Shown one piece after another: positions 53,035 through 61,310 of a stretch of 64,000 nt of DNA (the first letter of the stretch is position 1; the number at the start of each line of letters is the position of its first letter). The notes below the pieces were generated by a model. That model ran no database searches, was not told the DNA's origin, and saw only the letters and a program-made list of their open reading frames with translations. The stretch is from Nitrospirota bacterium. GTDB lineage: Bacteria; Nitrospirota; Thermodesulfovibrionia; Thermodesulfovibrionales; UBA9159. Made by a program: the position numbers and the translations under genes. The stretch is from NCBI GenBank assembly GCA_963699545.1, contig CAVOUE010000003.1:608001-672000 (forward strand). Reading direction: 5' to 3'.

Positions 53035-53913
53035 TCAAGCCCCTCTGAAATACCGGCTCAAGACCTTCTCTATATTATTCACTATACTATCTTTTGCGTT
53101 TATTATAAAGATTTTGTTCCCTGTCTGGAAGAGTTCTTTTTCGATGCGCTTCACCGGGGGTGGTTCCCCGGACAACGGGCATCCCAGATAAGAGGAAAGG
53201 ACCCCGGGGGCTCGTTCCCTGAGTTCCTCCTCGAACATCGGCACGATCTTGTCTTTCATCCTGAGCTCCGTGTCTATGAAAAATACCGCGATCCCCGGTC
53301 TGAGGTCGAGGATCCTGTCGAAGCAGGCCGAGATCTCGCCGGCATATATCTGCTTCGGCGGCGAGGACTTCACTTCCATGCAGAGGAGGGTGCCGTCGAT
53401 CTTTGCGATAAGATCATAATCCCCTCCCACGAGAGCACGCTTGAACTTAATCCCCCAGAACGCTTCTGCCCCGAACTCCCTTTTGAATATCTCGGAGAGA
53501 AACCACTCAAGGGTCGGGCCGAAGCTCTTTACGGGTCTCTTCTTCAGGCGATACGGTCCGCCCCCGCCGGTCTTTTCTATGAGTCTCATCCGGTGGAGAA
53601 GCCGCGTGTAGTCCTCTGTCACTTCCGGGGTGGAATACCGGGTGACATCCTCGATCGCAAACCCTTCCTGGTGTTTTATCACATCTCTGAGGAAAAGCCT
53701 GAAGGAATACTTGTTCAGGAGACAGTAATAGTCGTCAATGTGTCTCCTGCAGGGGAGGAGAAGGTCGTCCCCCGGTTCCTTCCTGAAGACCCTAAAGCCC
53801 CTTCTCCGGAGCAGAGCGGAGAGGGGAGAGGTGAGTTCGGTGAGTGATTTCCTGAGCCTCTTGATCTCGGCCTTCAGGGAAAGGACATCCTCTCGAAGTT
53901 CTTCCTCGCTCAT
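53035..53913 (-). CDS. Hypothetical protein with a PD-(D/E)xK-like motif
   Basis: GGDYDLIA...MEVK segment, preceded by a coiled-coil and winged-helix-like region. Start uncertain (ATG 53913). Confidence 0.55.
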   Translation of the reverse strand: MSEEELREDVLSLKAEIKRLRKSLTELTSPLSALLRRRGFRVFRKEPGDDLLLPCRRHIDDYYCLLNKYSFRLFLRDVIKHQEGFAIEDVTRYSTPEVTEDYTRLLHRMRLIEKTGGGGPYRLKKRPVKSFGPTLEWFLSEIFKREFGAEAFWGIKFKRALVGGDYDLIAKIDGTLLCMEVKSSPPKQIYAGEISACFDRILDLRPGIAVFFIDTELRMKDKIVPMFEEELRERAPGVLSSYLGCPLSGEPPPVKRIEKELFQTGNKIFIINAKDSIVNNIEKVLSRYFRGA

Positions 53914-54097
53914 CAGCAGTGTGTCTATCGCGCCCCTTTCACGCTTATAGTAAGAGGAGATGGCGATTTTGTCAATTTTGCGGCTCCTCACTTTTGCGGT
54001 GAAGGACGGGTCGCCTTTGAACCATTTTGTCCGATGCCCGGGTGCACGCACGGGCATATACCGTCATCCCAAATTGTTATATAATGATAAAAAGCAG

Positions 54098-54457
54098 ATG
54101 AGGGAAAGTTTGAAGACAGCGCTTTCTGTTCTCGTGGCGGGCATCCTGGCGGCGGGACATGTTGTTTCCGCAGAGAAGCATGAATGCGATTACTGTCACG
54201 TCACTTCTGATAAGACCGCTCAACTGTCCCTAAAAGCCCCGCTCTCTGAATTATGTACCGGGTGCCATCCGGGGAGAAAGAGTCCGAACGAACACAAGGT
54301 TGATATTGTGCCTTCCATGAAGGTCGTTGAACTGCCCTTAAGCAAAGGCGGCAAGATGACCTGTGCTACGTGTCATGATCCCCATGGAAGGAGCGGCAAT
54401 CCGATGCTGTTGAGAGTACAATCCCCGGAGCTTTGTTATAAGTGTCATTTCAGGTAG
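54098..54457 (+). CDS. Small periplasmic tetraheme cytochrome c
   Basis: Signal peptide from ATG 54098. CDYCH, CTGCH, CATCH(DPH), CYKCH. Confidence 0.85.
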   Translation: MRESLKTALSVLVAGILAAGHVVSAEKHECDYCHVTSDKTAQLSLKAPLSELCTGCHPGRKSPNEHKVDIVPSMKVVELPLSKGGKMTCATCHDPHGRSGNPMLLRVQSPELCYKCHFR

Positions 54458-54497
54458 AACTATCTGCCGGTCACTTTACGGGAATTCCTGCACACTC

Positions 54498-54525
54498 TTG
54501 ACATAACCGCCAAGCCCGATATAAT
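54498..54525 (+). promoter_or_regulatory. Near-consensus sigma70 promoter
   Basis: TTGACA-N16-TATAAT upstream of 54602. Confidence 0.65.
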
Positions 54526-54601
54526 AAACGTAATGGGGGTTCAGGGATGACCTGCGGTCAGTTCCTGAAATATCAAAAATCTGCCATTTGAGAGGTGAAA
54601 G

Positions 54602-54853
54602 ATGCGTTATCTCATCGTTGTTCTATTGTTATTCCCAACCTTGGCCTTTGCGGCGCAGGAAGCACAGTATACTTTGAACTGTGAATATATTTCAGGAGGA
54701 CAATGCAAGAAGGCATGTTCAGACAGTGATACGAGGGTCAGGCAGGTTGAGATATTGGGGGGAGAGAAACAGGGATCGATAGCCGACCTGAATTGCAGTA
54801 TGTACGGCAAAGAATTCATGTGCTGTGTTGATAAGGCGAAGATCACGAAATAA
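54602..54853 (+). CDS. Small secreted 6-cysteine peptide
   Basis: Signal peptide (AFA), C-x7-C-x3-C-x25-C-x8-CC, GAGGTG RBS. Confidence 0.75.
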   Translation: MRYLIVVLLLFPTLAFAAQEAQYTLNCEYISGGQCKKACSDSDTRVRQVEILGGEKQGSIADLNCSMYGKEFMCCVDKAKITK

Positions 54854-54981
54854 CCTTGTGACCTCCACCATAAGGACCAATTAATTTTTCTATCCATCCC
54901 GGTCGTGTGGCCTCGGGTTAACGACAAAGAACGAGTTGTGTCTCTCGTGCCTCCGAGAATGAACAGCACGCTCTGATCTTT

Positions 54982-55779
54982 TTGATGAAAGACAATTTAA
55001 TGTATTGGCTCAGCAAGCTATGGCCGGCGCTTTCCGTCCTGGCACTCAGCATATGCCTCTCTTTGTTACTCGGAGAGTTCGCTTTTCTAAGGAGCGACAA
55101 TGCCATTTACAAAGGTCTCTTGCGGTTTTTCCGATTTGCTGTCTTATCCTATGTGACGCTTTACCTGCTTCTGCCGCTTAATCGCGTGCTGTTAAAAAGG
55201 ATGAAAGGGCATTTCCTTCAAATCGCAGATTCCCCCCTTCCCGAGTTTTCCCCTCTGAAAATCTGGGTGTATCGTCCTTTGCAATGTATCGGCACGAGTC
55301 TTCTTTTTGATACAAAACTTGTTGCCGCCCTTCAATTTGTTGCCGGTTCAACGATACCGGATTCCCTTCTTCCAAGAGGGCGCTTTCATATTGAGATCTT
55401 TCTGGCTACAACCGTAATTACCGTAGTGGCATCCTTACTATTATCAAGTGTCTGGACCTTAGATGACACGGGAATACGTTATTTCAACCGAAAAGAGCAT
55501 GAGTTAAAAATGACGGGAAAATTCATAGGCACTATTATGCCGGTCGTTTTTGGCCTTTCCGGTGTGAGGGGTCTGTTGGCGACATTTCCGACGACTCAGG
55601 CAGCGAGCTATCTCCTTAACATATTCATTATTCTCTACCCGCCTTTCACTGTGTTCAGCGTATTGCATTACCATTTTGTCAAGAGAAGATACGGCACTTT
55701 TTCAGGCACGGGTAATTTGAGGAAAGGGATCATAACAGTGACGAATGATGAGATGTCATCAGCTCAAGAACGAATGTGA
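54982..55779 (+). CDS. Hypothetical polytopic membrane protein
   Basis: About six hydrophobic segments. Lower GC than the neighbouring core genes. Confidence 0.6.
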   Translation: MMKDNLMYWLSKLWPALSVLALSICLSLLLGEFAFLRSDNAIYKGLLRFFRFAVLSYVTLYLLLPLNRVLLKRMKGHFLQIADSPLPEFSPLKIWVYRPLQCIGTSLLFDTKLVAALQFVAGSTIPDSLLPRGRFHIEIFLATTVITVVASLLLSSVWTLDDTGIRYFNRKEHELKMTGKFIGTIMPVVFGLSGVRGLLATFPTTQAASYLLNIFIILYPPFTVFSVLHYHFVKRRYGTFSGTGNLRKGIITVTNDEMSSAQERM

Positions 55780-55857
55780 CTTGGGATGTGTCCCCATTGA
55801 ATAATCCGGGTTTCACATTGTGTCGAATACCTGTGGAGACGCCCTGAAAGGGAAGCG

Positions 55858-57519
55858 TCATTTTGGGAGGAGCTTCTCTGCAGCTTTGCTGTCCATCGGC
55901 CTGTGAAGAAAGAAACCTTGTCCGTGCTGACCATCCATACTCTTGAATACCTCCAGTTGTTCCATGGTTTCTATGCCCTCCGCGATCACAACCAGGTTGA
56001 GCGTATTCCCCAGAGCAACGATAGTCTTCACGATCGCCGCATTATCCTTGTCGTACGTCAGGGCACTGATAAAGGAACCGTCGATCTTTAATCCGCGGAT
56101 CGGGAAGTGGCGCAGATAATTCAACGCTGAGTATCCGGAACCGAAGTCATCGACGTCGACCAGTACGTTCAAGCTTTTTAAGCGCTTCATCAAGGCAGCA
56201 GCCGGTTCAGGGTGGTCCATGAGCATTTTTTCCTTTATCTCAAGCCTCAGACAAGACGCGTCGACACCGGTTTCCTGAAGGATGTTCTCAATGATCTTAT
56301 AGAAATCAGGCTGGAAAAAAACCACCGAAGAAACGTTTGCACTGACCGAGAGGTCCCGGCATCCCGGGAATCTCTTTTGCCATGAGCTCAGCTGCAGACA
56401 GGCCTGGCGGATGACCCACTCGCCGATGGGAATGATCAGCCCTGTCTCTTCGGCCACCGTTATGAACTGAGCAGGGCAAAGAACGCCCAGATCAGGGTGC
56501 AGCCATCGTAATAACGCCTCGAAACCGACGACCTTATTGTTCCCCAGCGACATTATGGGCTGGTAATAAACAGTAAGCTGGTTACGCTCCAAAGCCCTCC
56601 TCAGGTCGGTCTCCAAGCGAAGCGTCATGGTCGCCTCGGCGTGCATTGTCGAGTCAAATATTACGTGGCACCCTCTGCCGCGCGCCTTTGCGTTGTACAT
56701 TGCAGCGTCGGCATCGCGCAATACTTCATCCGGCCGGTTATAATCGGCAAGATTGCTGAAAACTATCCCGATGCTGACGCTGATGAAGATCTCGTGCCCC
56801 GATACGGAGAAAGGCACCCGCATCTCATCGTGGATCCGATTGACCAGGGTGCCGGCATACGCGCCTTCTCTCATGTCATCCACGAGGATCACGAACTCGT
56901 CACCGGCGAAACGAGCGATCGTATCAATTGCCCGAATATGTTTCTTTAGTCTCTGGGAAAGCATGATCAACAACTGATCCCCTATGAGGTGTCCGATGCT
57001 GTCATTCACGATCTTAAAGCGGTCGACATCGAGGAAAAGAACGGCGAACATATAATCCTGATATCGCTTCTTGCGCCCTAATGAATGCTGCAGGTGATCC
57101 ATAAAGAGAGCGCGGTTCGGCAGACTGGTAAGAGGATCATAGAAGGCATCATGGACCAACTGCTCTTCCGCTTTCTTCCTCTCAGCGTTTTCCCTTGTCA
57201 GAAGCTCATTGATCCTGTCAAGCTCCAAAGTCCGCTGATGAAGCTCTTTTTCCCTGAGAACGATCTTCTCAAAGAGTTTTTCTTTTTCCATTAAGAGATA
57301 ACTTATTATGGTCAAAACAAGAGGACCCACCAATATCAGGGCCCGGAACCGGATCCAGGACTCTTCCGCTGACAGGAAGTAGCGCAGGACGCCATAGTCA
57401 AAGCCTTTAATTGAGAAAAAGAGATAAAAGGCAAGAACGGCCCATGCAAGCAGGACAAAGAAGATTGCCAGCCTGGACAGTCTCCTGTCCGACCGGCTTA
57501 CCGGGTCGTTATCCGCCAT
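55858..57519 (-). CDS. Membrane-anchored GGDEF-EAL protein
   Basis: Two TM helices, DPLTSLPNR, variant AGDEF, EAL, DDFGSGYS. Confidence 0.9.
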   Translation of the reverse strand: MADNDPVSRSDRRLSRLAIFFVLLAWAVLAFYLFFSIKGFDYGVLRYFLSAEESWIRFRALILVGPLVLTIISYLLMEKEKLFEKIVLREKELHQRTLELDRINELLTRENAERKKAEEQLVHDAFYDPLTSLPNRALFMDHLQHSLGRKKRYQDYMFAVLFLDVDRFKIVNDSIGHLIGDQLLIMLSQRLKKHIRAIDTIARFAGDEFVILVDDMREGAYAGTLVNRIHDEMRVPFSVSGHEIFISVSIGIVFSNLADYNRPDEVLRDADAAMYNAKARGRGCHVIFDSTMHAEATMTLRLETDLRRALERNQLTVYYQPIMSLGNNKVVGFEALLRWLHPDLGVLCPAQFITVAEETGLIIPIGEWVIRQACLQLSSWQKRFPGCRDLSVSANVSSVVFFQPDFYKIIENILQETGVDASCLRLEIKEKMLMDHPEPAAALMKRLKSLNVLVDVDDFGSGYSALNYLRHFPIRGLKIDGSFISALTYDKDNAAIVKTIVALGNTLNLVVIAEGIETMEQLEVFKSMDGQHGQGFFLHRPMDSKAAEKLLPK

Positions 57520-57737
57520 GAATCATTCCCCGCCTTCGCAATGGATTGTTCCGCAGCCTCACTGAGACATGATCTGTCGTCATCTCCATGGCAGATACCT
57601 GCCATACATTCAGCGTTATCATATGCCTTTGTCTATCGTCCATCACCACCGTCCCAGACACATTCCTGATATGATACCATCAAAAGCGCATTTTTTCCTT
57701 GGGTATGTGACCGTCAAAGGGAATTATCGGAGACCGC

Positions 57738-58139
57738 CTACTTCTTTTCGACCGGGTATTTGGCCGTCGACCATTCTCTCCACCCGCCCTTGAGAGCCTT
57801 TGCATTGAAGCCTTTCGCGATCAGTTCTTCCGCCACACGGGCGCTTGTGTGTTCACTCGGTCAGGCGCAGTAGAGGACGATCTCCTTGTGCCTGGGCAAC
57901 GTGCCGGCCCAGGAATCAACGTTCTTCGGGTCCATCCATACGGCGCCGGTGATCTTCTCGCCACTGCTTTCCCAGTCATTCTTTGTCCTTACGTCGAGCA
58001 GAAGCAGATTGGGTGATCCCAGCTTGGCCTTCAGCTCCTCCTTTGAAACGCGAGGCACGTCACTCGCGCTTTGTACGTTCGGACATGCGATGAACACAAC
58101 GAGAACTCCAAACAGTGCGACCAGCAACACTTTTTTCAT
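57738..58139 (-). CDS. Rhodanese-like putative selenoprotein (in-frame TGA at 57861-57863)
   Basis: Reading through TGA gives IVLYCA-U-PSEHTSARVAEELIAKGFNAKALKGGWREWSTAKYPVEKK*, which completes the rhodanese fold. A hairpin follows the UGA. Confidence 0.8.
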
Positions 58140-58414
58140 ACGTCCTCCCTCACCTTTCGTGGTGATCATATTACAAATTAAGGACCGGGCTTCATACACA
58201 ATTCTAACCCGAGCGAAACCTGTATTCAAGGACATGCCGCTTGACCATCCCCTGCGTTGACTTTGATCGTGCATGCAACTGGAATCTTCGAGGGGTGACA
58301 GATATAATGCAGTGAGGTTTCAAATCGCCTTAACGAAGGATAGAAAATATAAGGGCAAGAGCGTATAATCAAAGCGGAAGCGTAAGAGATAGGAACTTCT
58401 TGGGAGGTGCGACA

Positions 58415-59412
58415 ATGAAAGCCATAGTGAGGGTATTGATACCGGTTCTTTTCATTTTAGTCAGTGCAGTCTCTACAGTCGGTTATGCAGACACGATACT
58501 TTTCCCTGTAATTGCTTCCAATCCCCCCAATGTTACAACCATGATCTCAGTGACCAATGTTGGTCCTTCTCTTGATTTTATGAAGTATATCTATGCATGG
58601 AAACAAACATTCACTGGAGATGTGCCGAATTACGACGGGGCATGCCTTTTCCAATCTTTTGTTAGAAAGGATGTGGCGCCTGACGTATTGAGCTTCGACG
58701 TTTCGGGAAGTTTCGAGGGCGGCTCCGCCCTTTTCAACGACTCAGACGCTTCTGTGTATGGCGGATCTTTCAAGATAACGGAGGTCAGTCGTCCCATAAG
58801 GGGATACCTCCTCGTTAGCAACTCTGATGCGGCAGGGAATAGGGTTAATGTGGGGAATGCGCTTGCTCTGGGGGGCGAAGCCGTTGTGATGGATATCGCT
58901 TTTGGTGCAGCCTGGGGATATAAAGCGTTCAACGACCCCTCACGTGAGGATTTCAACTTCAATCCAGCGGGACCTGGAGTCGGAGGCAGTATGACAAACG
59001 TATTATCGCCTGGAAGCTTAATACGTTTTTCTTTCTTTCCCCCCAATGAATGGACAACACGCTTCTTCATAACCCCGATAGGTGACAATATGGACGTTAC
59101 AGACAGAACGGCAACGGTTAAATTGTTCCGGGAGACTTAGCTGCCACTGGAATTAGTGGTAGAAGCGCCACAGGATATACATTTGATAAGGAGCTAACGG
59201 TTCGTTGTACAGCAGGAGTCGATCTCACCGACCTGCTTGATTCCACAGCCAATGCAGCGCTTGCAACAACCGGAGGATGGGGGTGGCTTTACAATGTCGG
59301 TGGCACAGGCAGTGGAGCTGTCGTATATAAACTCGAGTTTGTTTTGGATAATGCCAAATATGGAGGAACAAGTAATAATGGATTTCTGTTGAGCACTCCT
59401 GATTTGCCGTGA
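58415..59412 (+). pseudogene. Secreted hypothetical protein, one frameshift near 59130
   Basis: Signal peptide. After the shift the frame continues GDLAATGISG...GGWGWLYN...AVVYKLEF...LSTPDLP* to 59412. Confidence 0.6.
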
Positions 59413-59864
59413 CCCTTTCCAACAGGACACATAACTGAAAGAGGTTGGCATGCCTGACGAGGAAAGGGAAGGGGTTGAACATGAGAGGTGAAGATCTCAA
59501 TTTCAGGGATACCCAACATCTCAGAGGCACTTAGTGTCTAGCCGACGGGGGTTACTCCAATTAAGTTTGGAGTCCCACAATATATTTATTATTGAAAGAT
59601 GAATGATATATATAAAGGCCTTGCAGTTCGCTTTCGACCATGCGGTGCCACATGCCTCCAAATGTCTGTATTGTTCCAATCAGCCTTCCGCTGATTATGA
59701 ATTCATCACCCTGATGATTGGCACTCGCAGTCGCTGGTGAGATTGCGGCGGTGAAGGAGATGTCATGGTCTGTCTGGGGGAAATAGGGATGTGTTGTCCC
59801 TGATATTCTCACGGATTATGCTTGACTTCTATAGGCTCATATGGTCTAATGATTTAAATAATCT

Positions 59865-60689
59865 TTGGAGGGAAAGATGAAACTTATCGGATATGCGGTT
59901 GCAGTAATTGCGGTCGTTTTTTTGGCCTTCAGCACTTCTGAGGCTGCCAATGTTGCTCTCTTCTTCAATTCGAGTTATGTGGACACTGCTGCTAATTTTT
60001 CGGGTGAGGCCTACACGGTTCAGCAGACCCTTCTGTCACAGGGACATGCGGTTTCCACATTCACCGGCATCACAGCCACTGACTTCAATAACGCTGTCGT
60101 TGGTAACACGGTTCTGGCAATCCCGGAACTCGAAAGTGGTGACCTCAACGCTGACCTCGATAGCGCTGCACGCACCGCCATCGCAAATTTTGTGAACAGC
60201 GGGGGTACATTTGTCGGGTTTTCTGGCGCTCCGAACATGATAAATTTAATGAATGCTGTTTTCGGATTCTCATTGACGAGCTCCAGCAACTCTCCCTATG
60301 CACTGAATGGAGCTGGAGCCGCAGGGACAACCTTTGCAGGCGGTCCGGCCTCCCTCGGCGACCCGAGCGCTACTGAAGGTGTCTCTCAGGCATCCCTTCC
60401 GCCCGGAACAAGAAGAATTTACAGTAACAGTGGAAGCGTTGCCGTCTTTATCGCACCTTACGGCAGCGGCCAGGTAATATTTCTCGCCTGGGACTGGTAT
60501 AATGCACTACCCGTAGGCATCGAAGACGGCGGCTGGCTGAGCGTGCTGAACTCCGCCGTTACTGCCGGTCCTTTCCAGATGCAACAGAGCATCCCTACTA
60601 TGTCAGAATGGGGAATGATCATCTTTATGGTATTAGCAGGGCTTGGGTCTGTTTACTTCCTGAGGAGACAGAAAAGAACGGAAAGTTAA
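59865..60689 (+). CDS. IPTL-CTERM sorted surface protein
   Basis: Signal peptide. C-terminal IPTMSEWGMIIF...FLRR (motif + TM + basic tail). Start likely ATG 59877. Confidence 0.85.
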   Translation: MEGKMKLIGYAVAVIAVVFLAFSTSEAANVALFFNSSYVDTAANFSGEAYTVQQTLLSQGHAVSTFTGITATDFNNAVVGNTVLAIPELESGDLNADLDSAARTAIANFVNSGGTFVGFSGAPNMINLMNAVFGFSLTSSSNSPYALNGAGAAGTTFAGGPASLGDPSATEGVSQASLPPGTRRIYSNSGSVAVFIAPYGSGQVIFLAWDWYNALPVGIEDGGWLSVLNSAVTAGPFQMQQSIPTMSEWGMIIFMVLAGLGSVYFLRRQKRTES

Positions 60690-60714
60690 GATACTTCTCA
60701 GGAAAGATACCACG

Positions 60715-60743
60715 AGGGCGGGATAACTTCTCGCCCTTTTTTT
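60715..60743 (+). terminator. Intrinsic terminator
   Basis: AGGGCG...CGCCCT stem followed by a T-run. Confidence 0.7.
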
Positions 60744-61016
60744 GTGGGAAAAAGGGAAAAAGTAGGGACACATGTGTCCCTAAAATTCTCATAGATGTTT
60801 CGTAATTCTTGCCTGGAGCTCGGAGCTCTTGCCGGGCTTGACGCTCAGCTTTCAAGGATAATCATCACACCTGACCCCGCAAGAAGGGCTATCTTACTTG
60901 ACAATTCATTATGTCATTATAAAACAGCAATATTTGCAGAAAAAAAAGCAAGAAATGTATAGCAATGGGGGAAGAAAGTGTTTGAAGATAAGCTGCAAAG
61001 ATAAGAGGAGGAGGCT

Positions 61017-61300
61017 ATGGGAGCGCCCTTCAGTGGCGTTGAGAGAAGAAGCGAGCCGCGCCGGATGTACACACTCCGCTCAAGTTCATCATTAAGGGCA
61101 GAGAAGACAGGCTGCTGAGGGGTGTTGTGAACAATATCAGCATATCGGGAATGGGTATCTTCTCATTCGATTACCTTTCTGAGGGACAGGAGATCATCCT
61201 TAGGAGCACCCTGCCGGGCAGTCATATCGTTTATGCCGTACGCTGGTGCAGCAAATTGGCGGATGATTTCTACACTGTGGGGCTGAGGATGGTGGAATGA
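61017..61300 (+). pseudogene. Stand-alone PilZ domain protein, one frameshift near 61070
   Basis: Manual translation: MGAPFSGVERRSEPR... then ...GVVNNISISGMGI...VRWC...YTVGLRMVE*. Contains the RxxxR and (D/N)xSxxG motifs. GGAGG RBS. Confidence 0.75.
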
Positions 61301-61310
61301 TTTACCGTAA

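Noticed and set aside
59440-59560. Possible c-di-GMP (GEMM) riboswitch
   Set aside because: Only the 3' GGGTTAC-like tail resembles it. The GCAAA/GAAA core elements are not found.
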